Shown: piece by piece, positions 26,745 to 36,822 of the stretch
Numbering within the stretch: the stretch's first letter is position 1
How the letters are laid out: each line of letters begins with the position of its first letter
Assembly (NCBI GenBank): GCA_016840855.1
Contig: JAEORO010000134.1
Span: forward strand, 1-43,661
Length of the DNA stretch: 43,661 bases
Reading direction: 5' to 3'
From: Candidatus Thorarchaeota archaeon
Lineage (GTDB): Archaea > Asgardarchaeota > Thorarchaeia > Thorarchaeales > Thorarchaeaceae
Notes under the pieces: model-generated
Database searches by the model: none
Seen by the model: the letters and a program-made list of their open reading frames with translations, nothing else
What the model was told of the DNA's origin: nothing
Made by a program: the position numbers and the translations under genes

Positions 26745-27593
26745 TTACTTTTCCGCTGGTTTAGAAGTAACTCCTGTAGATTTCTCCAAACTTGAGATTG
26801 CTTCCTCAACAAGCATTTTCAATTCGCTAACATCATTTCCTCGAGCTGATATCCATACCCTGATTCCCTTTGATGTCCCATATGGCTTTGGCAGTGATTT
26901 GATATACACACTTGGAATTTCTTTCATTACGAAGTCAATCGCTGGAGCAAACACAGACTCATCTTTCATTTCAAATTCAACAATTTGTTCATGGAATTTT
27001 TGAACGACATTTTCCTCTATCCAAGGAATCACAGAATCTTGGAAGATAAATTTCAGCTCAGCAGGAACTCCAGGGAGACAGAAAATGGTGATATTTCCAT
27101 CTTGAATTATCACACCTGGTGCGCCTCCTACACGATTATCAAGTGGTTTGGCTCCCTCTGGAAATTGAGCCATTTTTCTTCTGGCTTCAGTGAAATCTGG
27201 TGCTGTGACAATGCCTTTTTCATATAGTGACTTGTATTGACGCCTAATGATTTTTGCAGCATCTTGATTTTCAACAATTTTCCTTCCAAGAGCTTTTGCT
27301 AATGCTGCCAGTGTCATGTCGTCATGTGTTGGACCTAAACCTCCAGAACTAACTATCACATTACAAGACTCTCGAAGGAATCTCAACGCATATCCAATTT
27401 CTTCCATTTCATCTCGTACCGACACGAGTCTTCTAATCTGAGCTCCTAATCCGACTAGTTTGGTTTCCATCCAGTTTGAGTTCGTGTCCAGCACGATACC
27501 ATCTAGGACCTCATTACCAATTGCCATGATTCCTACAGTGAGTACTCCTTCAATTGAATTCCTACTATTCACAAGATCACATCCTCGATTCAA
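26745..27593 (-). CDS. CinA N-terminal-like / MoeA-fold pyrophosphatase (COG1058)
   Basis: IGNEVLDG..DTN, GGLGPTHDDMT, GGAPG, LPGVPAEL; no PncC domain. Start may be GTG 27572. Confidence 0.9.
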   Translation of the reverse strand: MNRGCDLVNSRNSIEGVLTVGIMAIGNEVLDGIVLDTNSNWMETKLVGLGAQIRRLVSVRDEMEEIGYALRFLRESCNVIVSSGGLGPTHDDMTLAALAKALGRKIVENQDAAKIIRRQYKSLYEKGIVTAPDFTEARRKMAQFPEGAKPLDNRVGGAPGVIIQDGNITIFCLPGVPAELKFIFQDSVIPWIEENVVQKFHEQIVEFEMKDESVFAPAIDFVMKEIPSVYIKSLPKPYGTSKGIRVWISARGNDVSELKMLVEEAISSLEKSTGVTSKPAEK

Positions 27594-28240
27594 AGTTTCA
27601 ACTCAACATCAAGACATCTTGACATTTCTCTAAGAGTATTCAGTCGCTTTTGAGCAAGCTTAATCCCCCGTTCCGTCACCATGCATTTTGCAATATCTGA
27701 TGCAAGAGGAAGAAAGTTTCTGAGACTCTCTGCTATCTGTACCATACTTCTTCCGGGTTCAATTCGAACACCATTTAGGATATATTGTATAAGCCCTATC
27801 ATCCCAAGTTTAAGGATCTTATCCGCCTCCCAAAGAACCTGCGCCTCAATTGGTTCAAGTGCTTCTTTGATTGTCAAGCCAACATGCTTCTGTATTGTAT
27901 CTGAAACCCTAGCTATTATCTCAATATCTACACCTTCTGCTGAAAGGATGTCTTCAGCTAGCTTAGCACTCACAACTCCATGATGCTGTGCAGAAATGCC
28001 CCCAACTCCAGGTTTTGCCAAGTCGTGCAACCATGATGCCAATATGACGATTTCCATATTCGCATTAGTTTCATCTGCAATATACTTAGCAAGATTAACC
28101 ACTTCTTTAATATGGTCAAATCGATAGTTGTAGAGTGGGGCTACTTGTTTTTCGCCAGCAGTTCTCCATTCTTCAATTGCTGCTTTTCTAGTTGAAGACT
28201 CAACAATCATCATTAGATTGTGCTCAATGTTCTCCTTCAT
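27590..28240 (-). CDS. HD-domain phosphohydrolase
   Basis: DHIKEV, WLHDLAK, HHG, KH, EADK motifs. Confidence 0.9.
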   Translation of the reverse strand: MKENIEHNLMMIVESSTRKAAIEEWRTAGEKQVAPLYNYRFDHIKEVVNLAKYIADETNANMEIVILASWLHDLAKPGVGGISAQHHGVVSAKLAEDILSAEGVDIEIIARVSDTIQKHVGLTIKEALEPIEAQVLWEADKILKLGMIGLIQYILNGVRIEPGRSMVQIAESLRNFLPLASDIAKCMVTERGIKLAQKRLNTLREMSRCLDVELKL

Positions 28241-28331
28241 CTTGGGTCAACGAGAAACACAAATGTTGTGGTGCTTAAGAATTGTATCAATGAGTATACC
28301 AATTTTGTGAACTCAGACTAGTACCGAATCA

Positions 28332-28784
28332 TCAGGTTGCCAGAAGTTTTCTAATATGATCTGCAGCTAGGTTCTTATCTGTAACATATTTAGTGAAAGT
28401 TTTCTTCTTTGCTTCTTCTATACAGGTCATTAAATTGTTCAGATCTTTACACCAAATCAAGTAGCCACGAGATGCCATCTCATGAATCAGTTGAGCTTGA
28501 TGACCTTCCATGAGGGTTGTGTTCTCCACCACAACAAGTTTGAGCCCACGAGTAACACATTCCATAGTTGTGCCTGCGCCGCCTGTGCTCACGACAACTG
28601 AAGCTTTTTGATATGCTTCACTAAGGCTCTTTAGATATCGGAAGTATCTGAAATGCTTTGGAATATACATTCCTCTACCTATCTGTCCAACAACCTGCTC
28701 TTCTAGCACGCCACTCCGAACCAATTCATCCATTTTCGAAATTAGAGGGTCATAATGAGCTGTTCCAACAGTAACAAAAATCAT
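28332..28784 (-). CDS. alg13: Alg13/PssE-like glycosyltransferase subunit (GT28 C-terminal domain)
   Basis: MIFVTVGT, QIG, GGAGT, HQ. ATG 28784 overlaps the alg14 stop (ATGA). Confidence 0.85.
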   Translation of the reverse strand: MIFVTVGTAHYDPLISKMDELVRSGVLEEQVVGQIGRGMYIPKHFRYFRYLKSLSEAYQKASVVVSTGGAGTTMECVTRGLKLVVVENTTLMEGHQAQLIHEMASRGYLIWCKDLNNLMTCIEEAKKKTFTKYVTDKNLAADHIRKLLAT

Positions 28785-29263
28785 AGTAACTGACCTCCGT
28801 AGATCACACCTGGATTTTTTTCTGCGAGCTCTTTCCACTGAACCATGAAAAGACTTACTCTTCCAAGAAGTAAACGTCCGGTCTTTGAAAGTGACTCAAC
28901 ACGTGACATACTTTCTATGAATACTGTTGGTATACGAAGTGCCCTAGCAGAATAGAATATTGGAACTGTCATTCCTGTTCCACAACTGACTATCAAGTTC
29001 GGTCGAAGTACTAGCAGATAGATGAATGAAAGGAAGAGCGTGAGAATTGTACGAATCACAGACATCAGTCGAGAATCTTGAGGTAACAACCTAGGTGTGA
29101 GAACACGAAGTACTCTCCCTTTTAGACGAATCTGCTTTGGTGTCAATCTATCGAGAAGACCGGTGATGTAGATATATTCAAAATCTTCCCCTAAGGAATC
29201 CACTAGGGCAAAAGTCTGTGCAGTGTGGCCTCCTCTACCCAACACAACTGCTATCTTCTTCAA
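28781..29263 (-). CDS. alg14: Alg14/PssD-like glycosyltransferase subunit
   Basis: LGRGGHT, RPNLIVSCG, FIESMSRV..LS.TG, VQWKEL; no N-terminal TM. Confidence 0.85.
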   Translation of the reverse strand: MKKIAVVLGRGGHTAQTFALVDSLGEDFEYIYITGLLDRLTPKQIRLKGRVLRVLTPRLLPQDSRLMSVIRTILTLFLSFIYLLVLRPNLIVSCGTGMTVPIFYSARALRIPTVFIESMSRVESLSKTGRLLLGRVSLFMVQWKELAEKNPGVIYGGQLL

Positions 29264-29421
29264 TGGTGTACCTCAGATGCTGACTCATTGACCTTACTGA
29301 TAAAGGGTTTTCCTAATTAACTAAGTTCAAAATCAGCCTTTTTTATTTGGAAATGGATTCGGTTAAATCTAATTGGATATGATAATCCATAAGTAGGATC
29401 AAATACTGATTGAGGAGTTAG

Positions 29422-29964
29422 GTGGAGAACATGCCCAAAGATAAGCCTAAGACAGGAGAAAATGTGTTTATTTCAGATACAGCAGTAATTTATCACGATG
29501 TAGAAATAGGGGACAACAGTAGAGTCTTTGATTTTGTTGTGCTAAGAGAGGGAACTCGTATTGGCAAGAACACAACTATTGGAAATGGTGTCTGTGTAGA
29601 AACCGATGCCAAAATAGGTAACCATTGCAGCATCGTTTCTCAGTGTCACATCACCAACAATATCGTCATTGAGGACTATGTGTTCTTTGGTCCTAATGTG
29701 ACAACTGTGAATACATGGAAGATTGGATACAAGCGCCCTGACATAAAAGCAATTACAGAAGCTCCAATCATAAGACGAGGTACTCGTATTGGCGGAGGTG
29801 CCACAATTCTACCAAGAGTGGAGATTGGCGAGGAAGCTCTCATAGCCGCCGGTGCAGTAGTGACAAGGAATGTTGGAACAAGAGAGGTTTGGGCTGGAAA
29901 TCCAGCTCGTTGTATCGGTACAGTTCCAGAGGAAGAGTGGCTACCACAAAAAATGCCTAGCTAA
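29422..29964 (+). CDS. Left-handed beta-helix sugar N/O-acetyltransferase (WbpD-like)
   Basis: Hexapeptide repeats, FFGPNV..TN, IAAGAVVTR, AGNPAR. Confidence 0.9.
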   Translation: MENMPKDKPKTGENVFISDTAVIYHDVEIGDNSRVFDFVVLREGTRIGKNTTIGNGVCVETDAKIGNHCSIVSQCHITNNIVIEDYVFFGPNVTTVNTWKIGYKRPDIKAITEAPIIRRGTRIGGGATILPRVEIGEEALIAAGAVVTRNVGTREVWAGNPARCIGTVPEEEWLPQKMPS

Positions 29965-30717
29965 TTATCTGCTATGAATTCTCTCAACATTTTCATACAT
30001 TATGTTCTTCATGTCCTGGGTGGATATGTCCACATCGTCTCGTTCCCAAACTTGTTGCATTGCATATCTTAGAACATGATACTCATGAAATGGAATATCG
30101 GTTCCAAAAAGTATGTGTTCTGACCCCACTACATTGATTGCTCTCACAATAAGCCTTGAAACATCAACTGAGGATGTGTCAAGGTAGAAGTTTTCAAAAT
30201 CACTTATTGTTTCTAACATCTCTAATGCGCGACTAATCAATGGTGGGGAAACTCCACCAAGGTGAGCTGCAACAATTGTGATGTTCCTCTTTTTGTAAGC
30301 CTCAATACAATATTCAATTCTGCTTTTGATATTCCTGCCACAATGGACTATGAGTGGAAGGCCCGTGTCCTCAACGAGATCCAATACATCTTTGGCTTGG
30401 TGGACCTCCATCTGTGATATTGATGGATGATATTTAATGCCTGCAACATCATAGGTTTTGACAATTTCAGGATCCACCTCATTTGCATGAGGCCAATAAA
30501 AACCCCAAACTTGTTTATTCAAACTGAATGCCTTTAGTTGCTTAAAGAAAAGGTGGTTGACTTCACGAGAGTCATGATTATTCTCCATAGATGGCATAAG
30601 CTGAACCCTAGATACAATTCCTAGGTATGACGTTAAATCCGCCCATGTGAATGTCATATCTCTCCCAAAGAGATTTCTATCCTCAATAACGTGTACGTGT
30701 GAGTCAATTACTTTCAT
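29965..30717 (-). CDS. Amidohydrolase-2 family metal-dependent hydrolase
   Basis: IDSHVH, GIKYHP, VHCG, AHLGG, DTS, FGTDIPF. Confidence 0.9.
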   Translation of the reverse strand: MKVIDSHVHVIEDRNLFGRDMTFTWADLTSYLGIVSRVQLMPSMENNHDSREVNHLFFKQLKAFSLNKQVWGFYWPHANEVDPEIVKTYDVAGIKYHPSISQMEVHQAKDVLDLVEDTGLPLIVHCGRNIKSRIEYCIEAYKKRNITIVAAHLGGVSPPLISRALEMLETISDFENFYLDTSSVDVSRLIVRAINVVGSEHILFGTDIPFHEYHVLRYAMQQVWERDDVDISTQDMKNIMYENVERIHSR

Positions 30718-30967
30718 CGATGTGATAGCCTCCTGGATTTGATGATCTTTTCTTTATTTCTAATTGTGGCATTGAAATCAAATTACTTTGGACACTACCA
30801 ATGTACCACACATTAAGATTTGTTAATGCGGGTTTCGATAGATTTTCTCCTTAAACCTTTACACTGTTTTTTAATCCCTTGGTACGACAAAAATCGTTGA
30901 AATTCAAATGATTGGTTTGATATTATGCTTGCATTCATAAGCATCATTATAGTGATGAGAATAACAT

Positions 30968-31792
30968 TTGGTGCTGAGAAAAATGGAAGAATATTTACTC
31001 GCTACTAAGTTCTTCAATGAGCGGGAGCAACTTCCATTATTCATTGCTAATATTGCAGAGCAAACCGTGAAACCTGTTGTAATTCTATTTGTAAACGATG
31101 GATCAAATGATGATAGCGCTGAGATTGCCAAGAAAGTTTCTTCGACATATAACTTGAATTATGAAATAGTGTCTATGCCCGTAAAAGCAAAGGGTAATCT
31201 AGACACTCTTGGTAGAGCATGGAATAAAGCTCAACCTCTAATCAAAGAACTGCTATCTGATGTCCCATATTTCGCTACCGCTGATGTGGATACAAGATTT
31301 CCACCAAACTACTTCGAATTCATGGTAAATTTCTTAGAAAGCCACCCGAAGGTGGGCGTTGTAGCTGGGCAAGTAACTGGAGAACGTAGAAGAACATTCC
31401 CTATGTTCACGGGAAAAGTTGTTCGTTCTAATGTCATTCAATATATTGACAAATACTGGGATATATCCATTGATTCATTTCTCAATATCAAAGCACTAAA
31501 ACTAGGTTACGAATTAGAAATTATCAATGAGATGAAAGTGAATGCAAGAACTTCCCATCTTGGCACAAAGAAAGGACGATTTAGAGCTGGCAGACTTGCT
31601 TATTATGGCGGGATAAATTCTCTTTATGCTATATTCAAGGCACTAACAAGTTTTGATTCAGAATTCCTTAGAGGTTATTGGTTTGAGTTTTTCAAAGGGA
31701 CATGGAAATGTGAGGATGAGGACATTCTGAATTACTATCATAATGAGTTCATAAGAAAAGCACGTCGAGTAGTCGAAATTCTATTTCAATAA
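30968..31792 (+). CDS. GT2-family glycosyltransferase
   Basis: FNE, VNDGSND.S, DVD (DxD) motif. Confidence 0.88.
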   Translation: MVLRKMEEYLLATKFFNEREQLPLFIANIAEQTVKPVVILFVNDGSNDDSAEIAKKVSSTYNLNYEIVSMPVKAKGNLDTLGRAWNKAQPLIKELLSDVPYFATADVDTRFPPNYFEFMVNFLESHPKVGVVAGQVTGERRRTFPMFTGKVVRSNVIQYIDKYWDISIDSFLNIKALKLGYELEIINEMKVNARTSHLGTKKGRFRAGRLAYYGGINSLYAIFKALTSFDSEFLRGYWFEFFKGTWKCEDEDILNYYHNEFIRKARRVVEILFQ

Positions 31793-31863
31793 TGAAGAAG
31801 CCTTAAAGGGTCACCATGATTCCCTTTAGTAGAGTTCTCTGTCATAAAGGTGAATTTGGGTTT

Positions 31864-32958
31864 ATGCGAGTCTGCATGGTTGAGGAAATAGCAAACTGCG
31901 CCTATCACTTGACAACAGGCTTGACACGGAAAGGACATTTAGTAGTTGCAGTACTAGATGTAAAACGACAGCTGAACCGATTGCTTTTCACTCATTCAGT
32001 GCAGAAAGGTGCTGAGGTGAAGTGGATTAAACCATGGCCACTTCGACCTAGAGCATTAGGATTGTTTGTACCAATGCTCCTTGCTATCATAAGAAGTAGA
32101 CCTCATATTGTCCACGCTCAGTATCTATGGTCACAATTTTTTATCGCTTTTATAGCTTCGAAACTTCTTCGAATACCGATTGTCGCCACAGGCCATGGAT
32201 GGGAGGTTCTTGAGGTCCCAAGATCAAGATTTCGTGGTAGAATCCAGAAGTGGTTCCTGAAACGAACTGATATGGTCATTCTAACTGCTGAATATTATCA
32301 TAAATATATGCAAGGAATCGTTTCACCAAAGAATCGCGTGTATATTCCACGAATGATAGACACTGATACATTCCGGCCTGGGATTAACGCAGAAGATCTC
32401 ATCAACAAGTATGGGAATAGAATTGTGACATTTATTGCGAGGCTTCACAAAATTAAAACTCCTGAAAAAACATTACAGGCATTTAGATTCGCACTTGATG
32501 AATTTCCTGACGCAAATCTCTTGATACTTGGAATTGGTGAAGAAGAGAAGAATATGCGTATGTTAATTGATGACCTTAATATGACTGCTAGTGTTCACTT
32601 TCTTGGTGAAGTGTCAAACACAGAGATTCCAAGATATTTGAATGCCTCAAAGGTTGAAGTTAGAGGTTTCAATCCTGATACTCCAGAGTTAGGAATTTCT
32701 CATTTGGAGGCATTGGCCTGTGAAACACCTGTCCTGACTTATAATGACTATAAGATGGTGGGTGGCATGATAATTTGCCTTGAAGTACCTGAAATAGCTG
32801 AGAACCTGAAAAAGATACTCAGAGATGAGAATTTTCAGAAGAGTCTTGGGAAAGCTGGACGGAAATATGTGTTGGAAAACTTTGGAATCGATGTGGCTAC
32901 AGATATGACAGTCAATGCATATCATGTTGTTCTCTCAAGAAGGAAGAGGAGGGCTTGA
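31864..32958 (+). CDS. GT4-family glycosyltransferase
   Basis: PHIVHA, TGHG, IARL..IK, ELGISHLEALACETPV (Ex7E). ATG 31864 follows SD AAGGTGA. Confidence 0.92.
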   Translation: MRVCMVEEIANCAYHLTTGLTRKGHLVVAVLDVKRQLNRLLFTHSVQKGAEVKWIKPWPLRPRALGLFVPMLLAIIRSRPHIVHAQYLWSQFFIAFIASKLLRIPIVATGHGWEVLEVPRSRFRGRIQKWFLKRTDMVILTAEYYHKYMQGIVSPKNRVYIPRMIDTDTFRPGINAEDLINKYGNRIVTFIARLHKIKTPEKTLQAFRFALDEFPDANLLILGIGEEEKNMRMLIDDLNMTASVHFLGEVSNTEIPRYLNASKVEVRGFNPDTPELGISHLEALACETPVLTYNDYKMVGGMIICLEVPEIAENLKKILRDENFQKSLGKAGRKYVLENFGIDVATDMTVNAYHVVLSRRKRRA

Positions 32959-34253
32959 TGATTATGAAGAAGAACAAAATGAAGATCAGCTTTGTACTTG
33001 GAACTAGACCTGAAATAATCAAGCTATACTCAGTGATGAAAGCTGCTGAAGTACACAAGATGGTCACACCTATTTTCATTCATACTGGACAACACTATGA
33101 TTTTGAAATGTCCCAAGTTTTTCTAGAGGAGTTAAAGTTACCAGAGTTTCATTATTTTCTAGATGTCAAATCAGGCTCTCATGCAAGTCAAACAGCTCTC
33201 CTCTTAGTTGAACTTGAAAAGACGCTCATGAAAGAACAACCTGATGTGGTGATTGTGCTTGGAGATACAAACACAACAATGGCTGGAGCTTTAGCGGCAT
33301 CAAAGCTGGGAATACCAGTAGCTCATGTTGAAGCGGGTTGTAGGTCCTTTGATATGGCAATGCCAGAAGAAATCAATCGGCTGACAGCAGATGCTATTAG
33401 TTCTATCCTATTTGCTCCATCAGAAGTTGCAGCTCTCAATCTTCTCTATGAAGGCCATTCACAAGATCGTGTATTTTTCTCTGGAAATACAGTTGTCGAT
33501 ATCGTGGAAGAAACAAGTGAACTACGAAAATCAATGAAGCTTGATTCAACAATCATCGAGGAATATGATGTTGTAGTTACTATCCATCGACAAGAAAATG
33601 TGGATCATGAGAAACGCTTGAGAGAACTGATAGTTGCGTTAAGTGAAATTGGTGGAAAGGTCATCTTTCCAATACATCCAAGGACTAGAAAAAGAATTGA
33701 AGAGTTTGGTTTAATGGACTTAGTTGAATCAACAACAAACCTGAAGCTCATAAAACCTCTCAACTTCCTCTCTTTCATGAAGCTCATGGAGGAATCAAAA
33801 GTTGTAATCACAGATAGTGGTGGTGTTCAAGAAGAAGCTGTTATGCTTGGAACACCTTGTATTACTGCACGGGATACAACGGAATGGCCAGAAACAGTAT
33901 GGGTTGGAGGAAATCGTCTTGCAGGTTCTAACGCAATGAACGTTACTAAATTTTGTAATGAGGTTCTGTTACGATCTAAAACCACTACAAAGAAAAGCAT
34001 GAATCCATTCAAAGGCAATGCTGGTACCTCAATCATTAACACACTCGTTGAACTTTGGCAGACGGGAAATCTAGGACTACCAAGACCAGATATGAGTGAT
34101 GGAAAATATCCTTTGCCTACACTACAAGGAAAATCGCATCAGCTGGAAAAAGTCTACCAAACATCACTGGAATTTGATAAGAATGGGAATGCTATCATCA
34201 ATCGTGATGATAGTGTGAATAATAAAGTAGTGAGGATTCCCAAGAGGAAATAG
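32955..34253 (+). CDS. wecB: UDP-GlcNAc 2-epimerase, non-hydrolysing (WecB/WbpI-like), with C-terminal extension
   Basis: GTRPEIIK, HTGQHYD, GDTNT, HVEAG.RS, PEEINR, TIHRQEN, TDSGGVQEEA. Confidence 0.93.
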   Translation: MMIMKKNKMKISFVLGTRPEIIKLYSVMKAAEVHKMVTPIFIHTGQHYDFEMSQVFLEELKLPEFHYFLDVKSGSHASQTALLLVELEKTLMKEQPDVVIVLGDTNTTMAGALAASKLGIPVAHVEAGCRSFDMAMPEEINRLTADAISSILFAPSEVAALNLLYEGHSQDRVFFSGNTVVDIVEETSELRKSMKLDSTIIEEYDVVVTIHRQENVDHEKRLRELIVALSEIGGKVIFPIHPRTRKRIEEFGLMDLVESTTNLKLIKPLNFLSFMKLMEESKVVITDSGGVQEEAVMLGTPCITARDTTEWPETVWVGGNRLAGSNAMNVTKFCNEVLLRSKTTTKKSMNPFKGNAGTSIINTLVELWQTGNLGLPRPDMSDGKYPLPTLQGKSHQLEKVYQTSLEFDKNGNAIINRDDSVNNKVVRIPKRK

Positions 34254-34261
34254 CATATCAA

Positions 34262-35194
34262 TTAGAAACCATCTGCGTACTTTTCTCCCTCTTTCAGAGG
34301 TTTGACCCCCAAACGACCTATAAGCCATTTAGGATAGGAAATGAGTAGTCTAAGAGCTCTTCTCAAAGTAAACTTAGGTTTGTGCATTGACTTGTATAAG
34401 TCATAGTAGTCCACAGGAGTTACTATTTTGTAATCCTCTATGATTTCATTTGGTTTGGCATCAGCCACTACTTTGCATCCACAGGCTATTGCTTCGATTG
34501 CATTCTTACTCAGTGATATTCCTGGAAATCCTTTGAATTCTAAGAAATATTCATACTTCGATAGAAACTCAGGCATCTCCTTGTATGGTATTGGAGGATC
34601 GATACTTCTGTCAACAATTGTGAGTTCAAGACCTCGTTCTTTACACCACTTCTTTGCCATCTCTCGCTGGTCTTTGTGATAATTAGGGTGATATGTCATA
34701 ACAGCTGTTCCTGGAACTCTACCACCTTTGTATTCAAACCATGTTGGTATAGGTCTATCAAGCCAGATGTCTCCATACCTCAACATATCATTAGTAGATA
34801 CAGCAATGATGTCCGCAAGAGATACTTCTGGATGTGGCTTTTTCCGAGAACGAATCTCTCCTCCATGGTACTCGAATACAATAGGCGTCCTTTTTTGATA
34901 TTGACGAGCCAATACCAAGGCACGAATCACAGTTGAAACATGAATGTGAGTCGGATTCCATTCTTTGAGATATTTTCTGCATTCTTTGTAGAAGTCCCTC
35001 GCAGAATCCACCATTACAGAACCTGACACTCTAGATGTATGTCCATACTTGTCGTACCCCGCTCTCATGATGATGACTGACTCATGACCGTTCTTATTCA
35101 GCCAGTCGCATACCTCTGCAAGAGAGCCACCAGTATTCCAGAGAATTAAGACTCTTAATTTGTCTTTACTTTTATTTTCCAATTCACTATTCAC
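34262..35194 (-). CDS. Short/divergent GT-B (GT4-like) glycosyltransferase
   Basis: LRVLIL N-terminus, HIHV, YHGGEIR, LSKNAIEAIACGCKV. Confidence 0.65.
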   Translation of the reverse strand: MNSELENKSKDKLRVLILWNTGGSLAEVCDWLNKNGHESVIIMRAGYDKYGHTSRVSGSVMVDSARDFYKECRKYLKEWNPTHIHVSTVIRALVLARQYQKRTPIVFEYHGGEIRSRKKPHPEVSLADIIAVSTNDMLRYGDIWLDRPIPTWFEYKGGRVPGTAVMTYHPNYHKDQREMAKKWCKERGLELTIVDRSIDPPIPYKEMPEFLSKYEYFLEFKGFPGISLSKNAIEAIACGCKVVADAKPNEIIEDYKIVTPVDYYDLYKSMHKPKFTLRRALRLLISYPKWLIGRLGVKPLKEGEKYADGF

Positions 35195-35315
35195 TTATTC
35201 TTACCTTCTAGGTCTCACTACAAGAATCAACGAGTGGTTTCTTACATTTATTTTCTTTTAGAGCTGAACATATAATCATCTATGTCCAAATATTGGCTGT
35301 CTACTGATTGTTATA

Positions 35316-36725
35316 TCATTTTGAGATGATTTCCAGTATCAGGTCGATCATTCGTTTTTTAGCTCCACTTCGAAAGAATCTCTCTGAATCGAAATGCTTG
35401 AAATTCTGATTCTCTTTAAGATGGTGGACTAACTCTTCTACGTTCGAAACTTTTACAGCGACTTCTTCTTCTACTAGCTGTTTGGGGTAATCCACATCTT
35501 GAATACCAGGTATATAGGTCTTCAATCCAAAAGCAAGACCCTCAAAAACTGCCGTGGAATACACTCCAATCTGGATTTCTGATTCTGCAAATAGCTTATA
35601 GAGTGGAATCCTAGAGTCAGAAATCACATCTACACTACTATCAACCAACCAAGGATATTTCTCCTGCCATCCTTTGACCTCTAATGGATGTAGTTTGTAG
35701 ACGATATCATAATCTAGATCCTTTACTTTTGATAAATCAACTATAAACTTGGATAGATCTTCACCGATTGTCCATTGAGAGATTACTAGAATCTGTTTCC
35801 TCTTTCGCAGATTTGAAAATACTTTACGCTCTTCATCCAAGTAAGGAAATCCTACACTAACCACATGCTGATTCTCAATTGTATAGTCCACGCTTTCAGT
35901 CCAATAATCACCAAATGTAAACAACCAATCCGGAAACGTCATCTTCCTATGTTTCTTATTAGGAAAGGAATAACCTGCATGGGATCGGTTGATTACTCCA
36001 TGCTGAAGCTCAATAACAGGAATACGTAAGGATTTTGCAGGTTCTATAAGATCTTCCTTACCATAGCTTGTAAGTAGTATTATCGCTCGAGGCCTGATTC
36101 TTTTCAGTACAAATTGAAAATAGTGAATTCTAATTCTCCTATATCCCAAATGTCTTAACACTAGTTTCTCAACATCAAGGTTCACACCAAATGAGAGATC
36201 TATCATTTTTCTGATTTTCTTTAGTATGATTCTTTCATCATGGTTTAATGAAACTCGAAATAACCTCAACTTTTCTGCAATATAGATGAGTGACGTTTCA
36301 AAATCAAAATACCAAAGGTTTGAGGTCTTTGGTGGGCTTTGATGTTGAAGATTGATACTATGCTCAATAGCCGCACAGCTTAGATTGATCTTTTCCATTA
36401 TGGGGTCTGTATAGATGTCCCACCAGAATCCATCTTTCCTTAAAATTCTGCGAGGACTTGAAATAAACAAAAGGTCCCGTTTTCCTGCAAAAATCGGGTT
36501 CTTCCATAGTCTCCCAAATGAAATAATAATTGACCAAATTCTCTCGCGAAGAGAAGGTCCTTTTATCAGAGAACTCCCTTGACCTTTAAGAAGTTCATAG
36601 ATGGTTACAACGATTGGTTGCCGTACATATTCCCAAAATCTAACATTAGCAATGGTTCTATCAAAGAGCTTTAGCTTGTCTTCTATTTCAAGGATTTTCT
36701 GAAATATATCATCAAAACCTAGCAT
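35316..36725 (-). CDS. GT-B protein, candidate nonulosonate (sialyl)transferase / capsule biosynthesis protein
   Basis: ELQHG, VGFP, KLHPLE, YSTAVFEGL motifs; clustered with neuABC. Confidence 0.6.
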   Translation of the reverse strand: MLGFDDIFQKILEIEDKLKLFDRTIANVRFWEYVRQPIVVTIYELLKGQGSSLIKGPSLRERIWSIIISFGRLWKNPIFAGKRDLLFISSPRRILRKDGFWWDIYTDPIMEKINLSCAAIEHSINLQHQSPPKTSNLWYFDFETSLIYIAEKLRLFRVSLNHDERIILKKIRKMIDLSFGVNLDVEKLVLRHLGYRRIRIHYFQFVLKRIRPRAIILLTSYGKEDLIEPAKSLRIPVIELQHGVINRSHAGYSFPNKKHRKMTFPDWLFTFGDYWTESVDYTIENQHVVSVGFPYLDEERKVFSNLRKRKQILVISQWTIGEDLSKFIVDLSKVKDLDYDIVYKLHPLEVKGWQEKYPWLVDSSVDVISDSRIPLYKLFAESEIQIGVYSTAVFEGLAFGLKTYIPGIQDVDYPKQLVEEEVAVKVSNVEELVHHLKENQNFKHFDSERFFRSGAKKRMIDLILEIISK

Positions 36726-36822
36726 TTTTTTACAACCCGTTTTGTGGGATAGTAGAAACCTTCTCTCTATGCGATTGGGATAAGGAACACGCTTTAAACC
36801 CTTCTTTGTTGAAGAACAAATT

